A stretch of DNA of 53,194 nt. Origin: Elusimicrobiota bacterium. Lineage in GTDB: Bacteria; Elusimicrobiota; Elusimicrobia; UBA1565. The stretch is from NCBI GenBank assembly GCA_002401485.1, contig NVTF01000003.1, forward strand, positions 1 to 53,194, read 5' to 3'. Below the pieces are notes generated by a model. The model ran no database searches. It worked only from the letters and a program-made list of their open reading frames with translations, and had not been told where the DNA came from. How positions within the stretch are numbered: the stretch's first letter is position 1; every line of letters starts with the position of its first letter. Of the stretch, positions 8,779-18,355 are shown piece by piece. The translations under genes and the position numbers were made by a program.

Positions 8779-9468
8779 TCACTCCTGTCCGTACTGCCGC
8801 GCGATGCGCAGCAGCCCTGTATGGCAGTCCATATTGGTGGGGTCATTCTTGCGGCACAGCGTCCACTCCTTGCGCGCCTTTTCCAGTTCCCCCTTCTGGT
8901 AGTAACGGATGCCCGCGTTCCAATGTCGGAAGGCTCTTTGGGAACGGGCCTCTTTGGGCCCCTTCGGGCGCGTCTTCGGGGCGGGTTTGGGCTGTTTGGG
9001 CAGCGCAAGCCGGCCTTCGACGCGATCAATGCCGGTTTGGCAATCCTGGTTCATCTTATCGTGTGCCTTGCAAAGCCGCCATTCGGCAAGGGCCTGCGGG
9101 TATAGTCCCTCTTGAAAAAACCGGATTCCGGCGTTCCAGTGTTTGACCGCCCGCTCCTGGGGACCCCGGGGGATTTTAGCCGCTGCGGCTTCCGCTCGTT
9201 TAATGTCAGCGGGATTCGGGGGCGGAGGCGCTTTGGCGCTGGTGTCAGGCTTGGTCCCTAAAAGTTTAAGCCCTGCACGACAGTCGGCATTTTCGGGATT
9301 GAGGCGCAGACATTTCGCCCAAGCCCTCTTAGCCAACCCCTCCTCACCCGCGAGCACAAGAGCAACACCCGCGTCCCATTGTTTGTAGGAAGCGCGGCGC
9401 TCGGCCCGTCCGGTCTCAGCGGAGACCGAGGAAGCGATGAGAAGCAAAGACGCTGTTAAAAATTTCAT
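8779..9468 (-). CDS. Exported protein with three CX9C TPR-like modules
   Basis: Start reassigned to MKFLTASLLLIASSVSA (ATGA overlap with the upstream stop); three W(N/D)AG..EW..C-x9-C..GL-type repeats separated by Pro/Lys linkers. Confidence 0.85.
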   Translation of the reverse strand: MKFLTASLLLIASSVSAETGRAERRASYKQWDAGVALVLAGEEGLAKRAWAKCLRLNPENADCRAGLKLLGTKPDTSAKAPPPPNPADIKRAEAAAAKIPRGPQERAVKHWNAGIRFFQEGLYPQALAEWRLCKAHDKMNQDCQTGIDRVEGRLALPKQPKPAPKTRPKGPKEARSQRAFRHWNAGIRYYQKGELEKARKEWTLCRKNDPTNMDCHTGLLRIARQYGQE

Positions 9469-10013
9469 AAACCGTTTCCGTAGGTCCTGTCGATACGCGC
9501 AAGTCCCGTCTGACAATCCGCGTTCTTGGGATCCAACTGCTTGCACAAAAGCCACTCGTCGCGCGTCTTTGCGTAGTCGCCCTTTTGAAAATAAATAATA
9601 CCGGCGTTCCAATGCTTCACGGCTTGGCGCTTATCTGCCTCATCGGCACCGGACTGAACTCCCGGAGGAGCCACCGCTGACGGCGGGGTTCGCCCCGGAA
9701 TCGTATCCGTGCCTAATTTAGCCATCGACAACTTCATCACCGAATAAGCTCCCGCATCGGAAGGGTTCCTTTCTAAAACCTTCGCTGCTTCGACAAGAGC
9801 CTCAAAGTACTGCCCCTTCCCGTAAAGCATGCGCGCCTTTGTGGAGCTCAACGATTTTTCCTGCACAGGAGCCGCAAATCCATCCCCTGTCGCGTACGCC
9901 TCCTTCACCGTCGAAACCGACCGGTAACGACCCACGCAGTACCCGGCGGCGCCCGTCGCGACGGCGACGACCAACAGAATTAATTGTCCGCGTTTAGCCG
10001 CCGATAAGCGCAC
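9465..10013 (-). CDS. Membrane-anchored TPR protein with one C-terminal CX9C module
   Basis: Start reassigned to GTG 10013 (2 nt after the upstream stop); TM LILLVVAVATGAAGY; one TPR; terminal module. Confidence 0.8.
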   Translation of the reverse strand: MRLSAAKRGQLILLVVAVATGAAGYCVGRYRSVSTVKEAYATGDGFAAPVQEKSLSSTKARMLYGKGQYFEALVEAAKVLERNPSDAGAYSVMKLSMAKLGTDTIPGRTPPSAVAPPGVQSGADEADKRQAVKHWNAGIIYFQKGDYAKTRDEWLLCKQLDPKNADCQTGLARIDRTYGNGL

Positions 10014-10014
10014 C

Positions 10015-11346
10015 TTATAGACCGCCGTAGGTGGAATCAAGCCGCTGCAAACCAGTCTGACAGTCGGCGTTGGTGGAGTCAAATTGTTTACACAACAGCC
10101 ACTCGTCACGCGACTTCGCATAATCGCCTTTCTGGAAATAGATGATGCCGGAATTCCAATGTTTAATCGCCCGGCGCTTATTCTCTTCGTTGGACGGTTC
10201 CGGGTCGGGGATATCTTCCGGGGGCTCGGCCTCAAGGGTACGCTCGGCCTCTTCAGCAGCGAGACGATCTTCCTCTTCCTTGCGAATACGCTCTTCCTCC
10301 GCCAAGCGGGCCTCCTCCTCCTTGCGCTCCCGTTCCCGCTCCGCGGCTATCTTCGCCTGACGTTTGGCTTCCGCCTCTTTGCGCATTTGATTGCGGGCGC
10401 GCGCGATCAAGACATTGGCGCGACGGGGATCGTAGCCGAACTCCACCGCCGTTCCCCACTGCTTGATCGCCGACGTATATTTGCGGCCGCGATAGAGCTT
10501 GCGGCCTTCGGCGACATGCTGCTTCGCGATTTCTAAACGGATTTCAGCGATCAACTTCTGCGCCTTTTCTTCCCCCGGTTCAATGCGAAGCACATCATCC
10601 AGGAGTTTAAGCGAGTCCTGCGTTTTACCCTGCCCGTAAAAATTAAGTGCTTGCTGGAGTTTCGAATTCGCCTCTTGGCGGCGAAGCTCCGCTTCCGCTT
10701 TTGAAATGACGCCCATGAGTCTCGGGTACCGAGGATTTAAGACTAGGGCGGCATACCACTGGTCGAGAGAATCGCGCAGGCGATGCTGCCGGTAGGCTTT
10801 TTGACCGCGACGGTAATGCTCATCCGCGAGTTCCCCGCGCACCTTCTTAAGCCAATAACGCGCCTTAAGATTGCCCGGGGCGAGCTTGGAGGCCTCTTCC
10901 CAACGCTGCGACGCTTCCACGAGGCGGCCCTGACGGTACAGACTTAAACCCTCATCAAAACGCCCTTCCACGAGTTTGCGTCCGGAAATCATGGGTTTGG
11001 AGGTGCCATTAAGCTCGACGGAAGCGCGATGCAAAATCGCCGCGTCTTGAAATCCCGGATCCATGCTGAGGATCTTCGCCGTTAATTCTCGCGACCCGTC
11101 AAAATCCCCGTCTTTGTAAAGGTCGTAGGCGTTTTCATACACGACGCGCAGCAATTTGTGCGTGAGCCGCGACTTCTCCAACTGGATCGTGTAGAGATAC
11201 TTGGTTTTTGAGTCCTTGTCCTTGAGCGGTCCCAACTGCGTCTTGGAATAGTCAAGAAAGAGGCTCTCCATAGACGGACGGCGCGCGTCCGCCGCATAAG
11301 CGGGGGCCGAGCAAACGATCGCAGCGAGTAGGGCAAAACGGATCAT
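10015..11346 (-). CDS. Exported multi-TPR protein (possible TadD/pilotin-like) with coiled coil and C-terminal CX9C module
   Basis: Signal peptide; repeated G..Y..G...A...W...L...P helices; E/R-rich coiled coil; overlaps the tadC stop. Confidence 0.88.
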   Translation of the reverse strand: MIRFALLAAIVCSAPAYAADARRPSMESLFLDYSKTQLGPLKDKDSKTKYLYTIQLEKSRLTHKLLRVVYENAYDLYKDGDFDGSRELTAKILSMDPGFQDAAILHRASVELNGTSKPMISGRKLVEGRFDEGLSLYRQGRLVEASQRWEEASKLAPGNLKARYWLKKVRGELADEHYRRGQKAYRQHRLRDSLDQWYAALVLNPRYPRLMGVISKAEAELRRQEANSKLQQALNFYGQGKTQDSLKLLDDVLRIEPGEEKAQKLIAEIRLEIAKQHVAEGRKLYRGRKYTSAIKQWGTAVEFGYDPRRANVLIARARNQMRKEAEAKRQAKIAAERERERKEEEARLAEEERIRKEEEDRLAAEEAERTLEAEPPEDIPDPEPSNEENKRRAIKHWNSGIIYFQKGDYAKSRDEWLLCKQFDSTNADCQTGLQRLDSTYGGL

Positions 11347-12236
11347 TAGAAACCCATGCCCCCGTCTTGGAAAATATTCTTCATCATCGGAGCCAGCATC
11401 AGGATAAAGACCGTCGGGAAAATAAAGAGGAAGATCGGAATCAGCATTTTGGTGGCGGCTTGCGCCGCCGCTTTTTCCGCCGCGTTCATACGGCGAAAAC
11501 GCATATCGGACGCAAAATTCCGAAGCAAATCAACGAGACTGGTTCCGAGTTCATCGGACTGCACGATCAGCCCGACAAAGGAACGTACATCCTGAAGCCC
11601 CGTGCGCATCGCAAGCCGGCGCAGCGCGTCACGGCGGGAATAACCTAACGAGATCTCCTGAATTGTCCGCCCCATCTCAACTTCAAGCTCGGACTTTACC
11701 CGCGCCGCTTCGATGATGCGTTCAAATGCCGCCATATAATCCAGACCCGATTCGATCGTGAGTGCGGCAAGATCAACGAAGGCGGGGAAATTGCGAATGA
11801 TGAGACGCTGGCGTTCTTGAATTTTGCTTTTGTTAATGAAATCAGGCAGGAAGAACCCGGCCGGGGCGAGGAACAAAGAAAACTTCCAGTCTTCGGTTAG
11901 CGCATACATAAACCCGAACAGCAATACCGCTCCGATCTCCTTGATGTGAAGAATATTGAGCGGCGTCGGTTTTTCGGGCTTGCCGAGCAGCATGTGGGTG
12001 AGTTCGATTTTGGGGCCGAACTTGCAGGTTTCAACGAGAAAAATATCGAGTCGTTCTATGAGACTGCCGCGCGGGTTTAAACTCTCCCAGGGCGAAATAT
12101 CCCCGGGGCCCTTCGGCGCAATGCGCGCCAACGAACTCGAGTCCTCTTCCGGCGGCTGGACGAGGCGGAGCACGAAGGTAAAAATAGCCATCGATCCCAG
12201 CATGCCGATGATGTAGAGAAATATCGGAGAGCTCAT
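11346..12236 (-). CDS. tadC: Tad pilus platform protein TadC (T2SSF family)
   Basis: FVDLAALTIESGL, LGYSRRDALRRLA, QSDELGT, KMLIPIFLFIFP; follows tadB. Confidence 0.92.
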   Translation of the reverse strand: MSSPIFLYIIGMLGSMAIFTFVLRLVQPPEEDSSSLARIAPKGPGDISPWESLNPRGSLIERLDIFLVETCKFGPKIELTHMLLGKPEKPTPLNILHIKEIGAVLLFGFMYALTEDWKFSLFLAPAGFFLPDFINKSKIQERQRLIIRNFPAFVDLAALTIESGLDYMAAFERIIEAARVKSELEVEMGRTIQEISLGYSRRDALRRLAMRTGLQDVRSFVGLIVQSDELGTSLVDLLRNFASDMRFRRMNAAEKAAAQAATKMLIPIFLFIFPTVFILMLAPMMKNIFQDGGMGF

Positions 12237-13750
12237 ACCTGAATATCCGCGAGTTTTCTCACGATCCCCATTCCGATGGTCATCCAGATAACGCAGAACA
12301 AGAAGGTCAAGAGGCCCAGCGGCGAGAAGTAATAATCATTCATCACCTTGGGCTCAAACATCCACATCAAAGCCATCATCACCCACGGCATAAAACCGAC
12401 CACAAGCGCCTGGATGCGCTGCTGCGCCGTCAAGGATTGGGCTTTTTCTTCAAGTTTTCCCTCATCCCGTATGTTCTCAACGATACGGTCGAAAATTTTC
12501 GTGAGATTACCACCGACCGAACGCTGAATGATGACCGCCTTGATCATGTAGGACAACAGGCGAGACATCACGCGATCCTCCATGCCTTCCAATGATTTCT
12601 CAAACGACGTTCCCAGCTGGTAATTCTTGATCACCAGTCCGAATTCCTCGGAAATCGGCGGCACAAGGTCGCGCTGCACCATCTCAAATCCCTGAACAAT
12701 ATCCAGACCCGACTTCAGAGCGTTGGACAGCAAAATCATCGCGTCCATGAGTTGGGATTCGACCTGTTTTCCGCGACGGTAGCGAACCGCTTCCAGTACC
12801 CACTGGGGTAAATGCATGCCGACATAGGACCCAACGCCAACGAGAAAAATAAAGCCCCAAATATTCATCGTCAGCGCACCCATCAAAGCCCCAAATACAA
12901 TCGGCCCAAACACCATATACTGCACCTTCACCTTCATAAACTGTCGATTAAACTCATGCGCCCATACCCTCGAGGCCTCGAGGCGGGTGTCAATTTTCCC
13001 GGTAATCCATTTCGCGTTGAGCGCGCCCAAGCTCCACCCGGCAACAAACAACAAACCAACACCGATAATTTTCATGATCATCGGCGCGGCGCGATGGGTC
13101 TTATTCTCAGGGGACTCTCCAGGATCAAAACCGCGCGGGGCCTTATGCAGAACATGATACGACTGCTGCGTCAGCATGCCGATCGACATCACCGATTCCA
13201 CGTACAATTTTGGATCCTGGCTCGTTAACGCGTCGAGCACGGAATCCATTTCTTTGAGCATCAAATCAAAACTCGCGATCACCGAACGCCCACGCCCGCC
13301 GAGCGAATCCCCCAGCCGGGCACGATAGAGACGGTCCAGCGCCATCTGAAAACGTACACGACTGTCCTCGTAATCCTTGATCAGCGCGTAGGGCGGCGTC
13401 AGGCTTCCGTTAAATTCGGCGGGGAAGGTTTTACGCGTGTGCTCGAAGAACTCGTAGAGGACCGAGACCGGCGCCTGCCACAGTTGCGCTTCGTTCAGAA
13501 CCCCCTCTTCCGGGTCCTGCCAGACCGCGCGCTGCAGCATGCCGGGCAGTACTTCATCGACCCATTTCGGGGGAGTCAATGCCGGATCCCGGTCCGGCTT
13601 AAAATAGTGGTAGAAAAATTGCGCGCGCGCTTCGGCCCCCGTATTGGGATCAATGAGCGAATTGATTTGTTGGCGGCTAAATCCCTGGGCGGACGCATCG
13701 ATAGCGGCAAACCCGAAAAGCAGGACGATCGAAATGAGAATCTTCTTCAT
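12233..13750 (-). CDS. tadB: TadB with N-terminal signal peptide and about 200-aa extra domain
   Basis: C-terminal QLMDAMILLSNALKSG, PPISEEF, QRSVGGNL, LTAQQR; the extension is in frame. Confidence 0.9.
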   Translation of the reverse strand: MKKILISIVLLFGFAAIDASAQGFSRQQINSLIDPNTGAEARAQFFYHYFKPDRDPALTPPKWVDEVLPGMLQRAVWQDPEEGVLNEAQLWQAPVSVLYEFFEHTRKTFPAEFNGSLTPPYALIKDYEDSRVRFQMALDRLYRARLGDSLGGRGRSVIASFDLMLKEMDSVLDALTSQDPKLYVESVMSIGMLTQQSYHVLHKAPRGFDPGESPENKTHRAAPMIMKIIGVGLLFVAGWSLGALNAKWITGKIDTRLEASRVWAHEFNRQFMKVKVQYMVFGPIVFGALMGALTMNIWGFIFLVGVGSYVGMHLPQWVLEAVRYRRGKQVESQLMDAMILLSNALKSGLDIVQGFEMVQRDLVPPISEEFGLVIKNYQLGTSFEKSLEGMEDRVMSRLLSYMIKAVIIQRSVGGNLTKIFDRIVENIRDEGKLEEKAQSLTAQQRIQALVVGFMPWVMMALMWMFEPKVMNDYYFSPLGLLTFLFCVIWMTIGMGIVRKLADIQV

Positions 13751-16203
13751 TTGCCCCCCCGCAGATAATGTTCGGCGCCTTCTTTCTTTTCGAACAACGT
13801 CAGGGGTACGTCGAGCCCGCCGAGTTTAAATTCCGCATAAAATTTAGGCGGCTTGCCGCAGGCCGTGAAAAATCCCTGCGACTTGCCTTCGGCATCAACG
13901 CCGGTCTGGCAGAAGCGAAATAAATCCTGCGTCAGGAGTGTGTTGCCGTCACGACCTGTAATCTCAGTCACATAGGTGACCCGGCGTTTACCGTCGGAGA
14001 AACGAGTCAACTGAACAATCAAATGCACCGCGGAGGCGATCATTTCACGCACCGCCCAAACCGGCAATTCCGAAGACGCCATCATGCACATGGCTTCCAA
14101 ACGGGTTAAGGCGTCGCGCGGGTTATTGGCATGGATGGTGGCGAGAGACCCTTCATGGCCGGTATTCATCGCCTGCAGCATATCCAACGCCTCACCGCCG
14201 CGGCACTCACCGACAACGATGCGATCCGGACGCATACGAAGACAGTTCTTAATCAAATCGCGAATTGTAATCTCACCCTTGCCTTCAACGTTGGGCGGCC
14301 GTGATTCCAGACGTACCCAGTGCGTCTGCATCAAGCGCAATTCGGCCGTGTCTTCCACCGTGATGATGCGTTCCCCCTCGGGGATATAGGTCGAAAGCAT
14401 GTTCAGGAAGGTCGTTTTACCGGTACCGGTACCACCCGAAATAATGACGGACTTTCGGATCTTCACGCAGTTGCCCATAAACTCAAGCAGTTCCTCGGTG
14501 AAGGCCCCAAACCCCAGCAATTTCTGAGGCGTAAACGGCGTCTTCGCAAAACGGCGAATCGTGATCGAGGGACCCGACACCGCCAGCGGGGGGATGATCG
14601 CATTCACACGGGAGCCGTCCTTCAAACGGGCATCCACAAGCGGCACCGATTCATCGATGCGCCGTCCCAACGGGGCGATAATACGCTTAATCACCTGGAT
14701 GATCTGCTCCTCATCACGAAAGCGCAGGGAGGTGAGCACGAGTTTCCCGTTTTCTTCAATAAAAACCTTGTCGGGAGCGTTGACCATAATTTCGTTAACG
14801 CTCTCATCGCGCATGAGCGCTTCCAACGGCCCGAGTCCCAAAATTTCATCAATGAGTTCATCCACGAACTTCGTGCGTTGATCACGCGTCAGCGGAAGAT
14901 TCGATTCTTTCTGCAGGAGATTGTTAATGATCTGGCCGACCTTGCCGCGCACCACAGGGTCATTTTTTGCGTCATCGGTGATGCGCACACGCTCCGTCTC
15001 CATCGCCGCGACGACGTTTTTATGCATCTTTCCCTTGAGCTCATCCCAAAACTCGGGCACGTCTTTGCGCAGTTCCCCGGACCTTGAGACCGATATTTCA
15101 CTTCCGCCGCTGCCGTTGCTCCCACCGGCAGAGCCGCCGACCCAGCCCGAACCCGCCTGCGATTGAATGTCGCGCGACGTTACCGCCGACGTCCAATCCT
15201 TCACAATCGGCTTAAGTTCCATGACCGCACCCAGCAAGGGACGCAGCGCCTTCACCCAATCGGAATGCGGCTGTTCCACAACAAGAATCCGGGCGGTATT
15301 GGCGAACTCAGGGAGCAGGTCTTCCCACGGCATGTAGGACAGAACACGCTTATTCATCGCCTCAAAAAACTTTTCAACCTCCTTGGGCGCCAAGGCCCCG
15401 GGGAGATTTCCCTCATTAATAACGATTTGGAAACGTTCGAGCGGGAAGTGCATCTCCTTGAGTTCGTCGAACATCTTATAGGTCGCTTCGAAATGGGCCC
15501 GCTGCGGCAAACAGGTCCAAAATACGAGATCCGCCAAGTCGAAGGCAAAAACCTGCATCGGGAAAAACGGGTCCACATCGATAAAGATATCGTAAGCACC
15601 GGAAAGGCTCTCAAGTATCGGAACCGCGATTTGGGGCGACACCTCGATGGCCTCGGTGCGTTTATTTCCCAGCGGCAAAATCCCGACGCCCCATTGCGAA
15701 ATCGGAACACGTCCTTTGAGAAGCTTCGACAGCACCGTCACATCCTTGCCGACGAATTGAGCCAGACTGGCGAGAGTCGGCGGCTGCAGGCCAAGCATAA
15801 ACGACAGCTCATTTCGGCAAAGTGGATCGAGGTGGACAATGATGACGTTGCGGCTTTGGGTGCCCGCCCACGCAAGGGCGAGGTTGAGCGCAATCGTGCT
15901 TTTACCGACCCCCTCCTTCGGCCCCGAAAAAACGATAACACGTCCCTTAGTGGGGACCACGGTTTGGGCGACCGGAACCGGCGCCTGCGACGTAATTTCC
16001 GCCGGCATCGTCTGCGGCGGAAGCACCGTGGGAGGCTGCGTGACGGGAGGAGGTGCGGCCGCCGGCGGCTGTGCCTCCGGGATTGGCGCGGGCGCTTGCG
16101 CGGGCATCGGAGTTGGAGCTCCGGGCGTAGGGAGTCCCATCGGGCCTCCCGGCGAGAGGCCCGGCGGTACAAAAATTCCGGGGGGCTTATTTTCGTCTGC
16201 CAT
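13747..16203 (-). CDS. cpaF: Fused CpaE/TadZ-like (MinD/ParA) domain + CpaF/TadA ATPase
   Basis: Deviant Walker A GPKEGVGKST; then GLGPLE, DARLKDGSRVN, GGTGTGKTT, RMRPDRIVVGECRG, MNTGHEG, TIHAN. Alternative TTG start at 16218. Confidence 0.93.
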   Translation of the reverse strand: MADENKPPGIFVPPGLSPGGPMGLPTPGAPTPMPAQAPAPIPEAQPPAAAPPPVTQPPTVLPPQTMPAEITSQAPVPVAQTVVPTKGRVIVFSGPKEGVGKSTIALNLALAWAGTQSRNVIIVHLDPLCRNELSFMLGLQPPTLASLAQFVGKDVTVLSKLLKGRVPISQWGVGILPLGNKRTEAIEVSPQIAVPILESLSGAYDIFIDVDPFFPMQVFAFDLADLVFWTCLPQRAHFEATYKMFDELKEMHFPLERFQIVINEGNLPGALAPKEVEKFFEAMNKRVLSYMPWEDLLPEFANTARILVVEQPHSDWVKALRPLLGAVMELKPIVKDWTSAVTSRDIQSQAGSGWVGGSAGGSNGSGGSEISVSRSGELRKDVPEFWDELKGKMHKNVVAAMETERVRITDDAKNDPVVRGKVGQIINNLLQKESNLPLTRDQRTKFVDELIDEILGLGPLEALMRDESVNEIMVNAPDKVFIEENGKLVLTSLRFRDEEQIIQVIKRIIAPLGRRIDESVPLVDARLKDGSRVNAIIPPLAVSGPSITIRRFAKTPFTPQKLLGFGAFTEELLEFMGNCVKIRKSVIISGGTGTGKTTFLNMLSTYIPEGERIITVEDTAELRLMQTHWVRLESRPPNVEGKGEITIRDLIKNCLRMRPDRIVVGECRGGEALDMLQAMNTGHEGSLATIHANNPRDALTRLEAMCMMASSELPVWAVREMIASAVHLIVQLTRFSDGKRRVTYVTEITGRDGNTLLTQDLFRFCQTGVDAEGKSQGFFTACGKPPKFYAEFKLGGLDVPLTLFEKKEGAEHYLRGGK

Positions 16204-16226
16204 CGTCTCGGCGTCCAACTCCTAAA

Positions 16227-17024
16227 TTACTGCACTACTTCCAACGTCACAAAAAGGAACAACGACTGCTGCTCTTCGGTGACACTGGTGGTTGTAAACA
16301 ACCCACCAATGATCGGGAGCCTTCCTAAGAACGGGATCCGGGTTTTAGCGACGTTTTTCCGACTCGACTTCAATCCGCCGATTACAATCGTTTCACCGCT
16401 CTTAATCTCGATTTCCGTCTGTATCTGGCGCGTGACAATCGAGGGAACGGTTGTGTTCCCAACAGTCACGGGCCGGGAAAAATCAGGGTTGGACACTTCG
16501 AGCTGCAGCTGAGCGTCGATATAGTCCTTCTTATTTGGGTTCATCACCGGCAAAATATTCAAAATCACACCAAATTTCTTAAATTCAACCCCAACGCCCT
16601 GATTGTTGGTGACCGGATACGGCTGATCACCGCCGACAACAAAGTTAGCCTGGGTCTGATTCTTCGTAATAATCTTAGGATTCGACAACAATTGAGCCTT
16701 TCCCTCCGTTTCGAGCATCTTGAGTGATGTCTGCAACTGAGTCAAACGCTCAAAATCTCCGATCTTGATCAGCCCCGGAATCGGACTCTTTTCCGCGAAA
16801 TTAATGCCGGTCGTAAAGGGAGCCCAACTAAAACCAATATCCTTTGATACCGAGCCGCTGATCTCAACGACATCGGCGCTAACTGCAATCATCACCTCAC
16901 TCTGATCAAACTCTTCTTCCTCGTCATCCTCTTGCGCCCATACGGCGATTGGAAATACGAGCAGCACGGCCGCCAGTGCGACCCGGAGCCAATCCGCATA
17001 ATAATCTCGATGTTGCCGTCTCAT
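16227..17024 (-). CDS. cpaC: Minimal secretin (CpaC/RcpA-like, C-domain only)
   Basis: LETEGKAQLLSNPKI, FGVILNILP, SGETIVIGGL, RIPFLGRLPIIGGLF, LFLFVT. Alternative GTG start at 17045. Confidence 0.88.
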   Translation of the reverse strand: MRRQHRDYYADWLRVALAAVLLVFPIAVWAQEDDEEEEFDQSEVMIAVSADVVEISGSVSKDIGFSWAPFTTGINFAEKSPIPGLIKIGDFERLTQLQTSLKMLETEGKAQLLSNPKIITKNQTQANFVVGGDQPYPVTNNQGVGVEFKKFGVILNILPVMNPNKKDYIDAQLQLEVSNPDFSRPVTVGNTTVPSIVTRQIQTEIEIKSGETIVIGGLKSSRKNVAKTRIPFLGRLPIIGGLFTTTSVTEEQQSLFLFVTLEVVQ

Positions 17025-17069
17025 GTTGTCATTCACAATGTGCACGCCTAAAAAACGTCGGTTATTAAA

Positions 17070-17825
17070 CTATCTGAACAGCTTTCGGAAGCTCGCCATT
17101 TGCATCGGATGCATCTCGATGTCGCCGAGTCCCCGTAAAATCGTGGTGATCTCACCCTGCTTCATCGCCAATGCAAGGTACTGCGCCTCATTGGGGTTGA
17201 GTGCGACGCTCATAATGCCGGATTCCGCAAATGCGGAGGCCTGCCTATCCTTCTTCTGTGTTTCCCCAAACTGCATCGCCGTCATGCCTTGACCCAAATT
17301 TCCGCCAATGCCAAGCACCAGCACGTTTTGCAAAATGGTTGCCGTCACCTTCTCCTTCCGGTTATCCGCCATAAGAGCATCGAAGGTCACAAGCACGTCG
17401 ATGCGATCCCCGGGCTTAATCAACTTCATCAAATCGCTTTTCACCGGAATCACCGCTCCACGATACCCCGGAGGGATTTTGACGCTGAGCCCTGAGGTAG
17501 GCGACAAGGAGGTCAACGCGGACTGCGTAATCTGATTGCCCTTAGGAATACGAATGCGGGTCACGAGGTTCGCAATTTGTTTGATGTCTGAGGGAACCTT
17601 AATTTCAAAGGCGTCCTGGGACATGAACTTGCGCGGGACCGCCTTCGTCGCGACGAGATCTTCTTTCAGCAGCGTCCGCTCCGGTAAATCAACCCGGGAG
17701 ACGAGCACCGTTGCGCTCTCGTACGATTTTGAAAGCTGCTTCTCCTTACTCGTCAGCACCATCAGGTACACAACGGCGGCGCCGACAGCCAAAACTAGGG
17801 GAATCATGACTCCTTTTTTTTCCAT
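17070..17825 (-). CDS. cpaB: Flp pilus assembly protein CpaB/RcpC
   Basis: N-terminal TM, SAF-like domain, IPPGYRG, IKPGDRIDVL, ILQNVLVL; SD AAGGAG. Confidence 0.92.
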   Translation of the reverse strand: MEKKGVMIPLVLAVGAAVVYLMVLTSKEKQLSKSYESATVLVSRVDLPERTLLKEDLVATKAVPRKFMSQDAFEIKVPSDIKQIANLVTRIRIPKGNQITQSALTSLSPTSGLSVKIPPGYRGAVIPVKSDLMKLIKPGDRIDVLVTFDALMADNRKEKVTATILQNVLVLGIGGNLGQGMTAMQFGETQKKDRQASAFAESGIMSVALNPNEAQYLALAMKQGEITTILRGLGDIEMHPMQMASFRKLFR

Positions 17826-17857
17826 GGTGTCTCCTTAACGCCCCTCTCCCGTTAAAA

Positions 17858-18334
17858 TCATTTGAACAACGGCCTCTCGATGGGCATCCGCACCTGAGCC
17901 ACCAGAAGTCGTTCTCTCCGCCCCGCCGTATTGGCGAGGATGAGTCCGGTCATAGGAAAAATCATCGGCACGCGCTGCGTCATGGTTACCTTCAAATCGA
18001 AATGCGGGCAGCCTTCCTGAGGGTCTGGCAGCGTCGATTCCTGCACGGCTGCCACGGACGCGTTGCGAAGAATAGCCTGACCGATTGTTCTCATTTTCCC
18101 CGCCCGGATAACGGGCGGCGGGCAGCCCGGCGCAGCGATCGCGACGGCCGTCAAAGATCCGATCCTCGCAACCTCGTAGGCTGCGTGCTGCAGCAGGATT
18201 GTTCGAAACGCGAGGTGTCCCACTTCCATGATCGTAAACACGATGAGCAGAAAAATCGGCAGCATAAGCAGCACCTCGATCAGAACCTGTCCCCGATCGG
18301 ATGCCCTCTTCGCCGCTTTTCTCCACTTTTTCAT
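17858..18334 (-). CDS. tadE: TadE-like pseudopilin
   Basis: DRG|QVLIEVLLMLPIFLLIVF..E....AAYEVAR. Confidence 0.9.
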   Translation of the reverse strand: MKKWRKAAKRASDRGQVLIEVLLMLPIFLLIVFTIMEVGHLAFRTILLQHAAYEVARIGSLTAVAIAAPGCPPPVIRAGKMRTIGQAILRNASVAAVQESTLPDPQEGCPHFDLKVTMTQRVPMIFPMTGLILANTAGRRERLLVAQVRMPIERPLFK

Positions 18335-18355
18335 GTTTCATATTTCTCCCCCGCG

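Noticed and set aside
9468-10170. Two similar roughly 150-bp C-terminal segments as a DGR template/variable repeat pair
   Set aside because: Differences are mostly synonymous and not adenine-specific, both copies are coding, and no reverse transcriptase is in the window.
8775-10235. ORF-track N-terminal extensions (starts 9029, 9612, 10235; also 29429, 40354, 50307, 50723)
   Set aside because: They overlap upstream genes; downstream starts give signal peptides or domain starts and stop-start coupling.
15163-16512. Long plus-strand ORFs (also 18228..19052, 24431..25396 and many others)
   Set aside because: Antisense shadows of well-supported minus-strand genes in GC-rich DNA, with no motifs or SDs.
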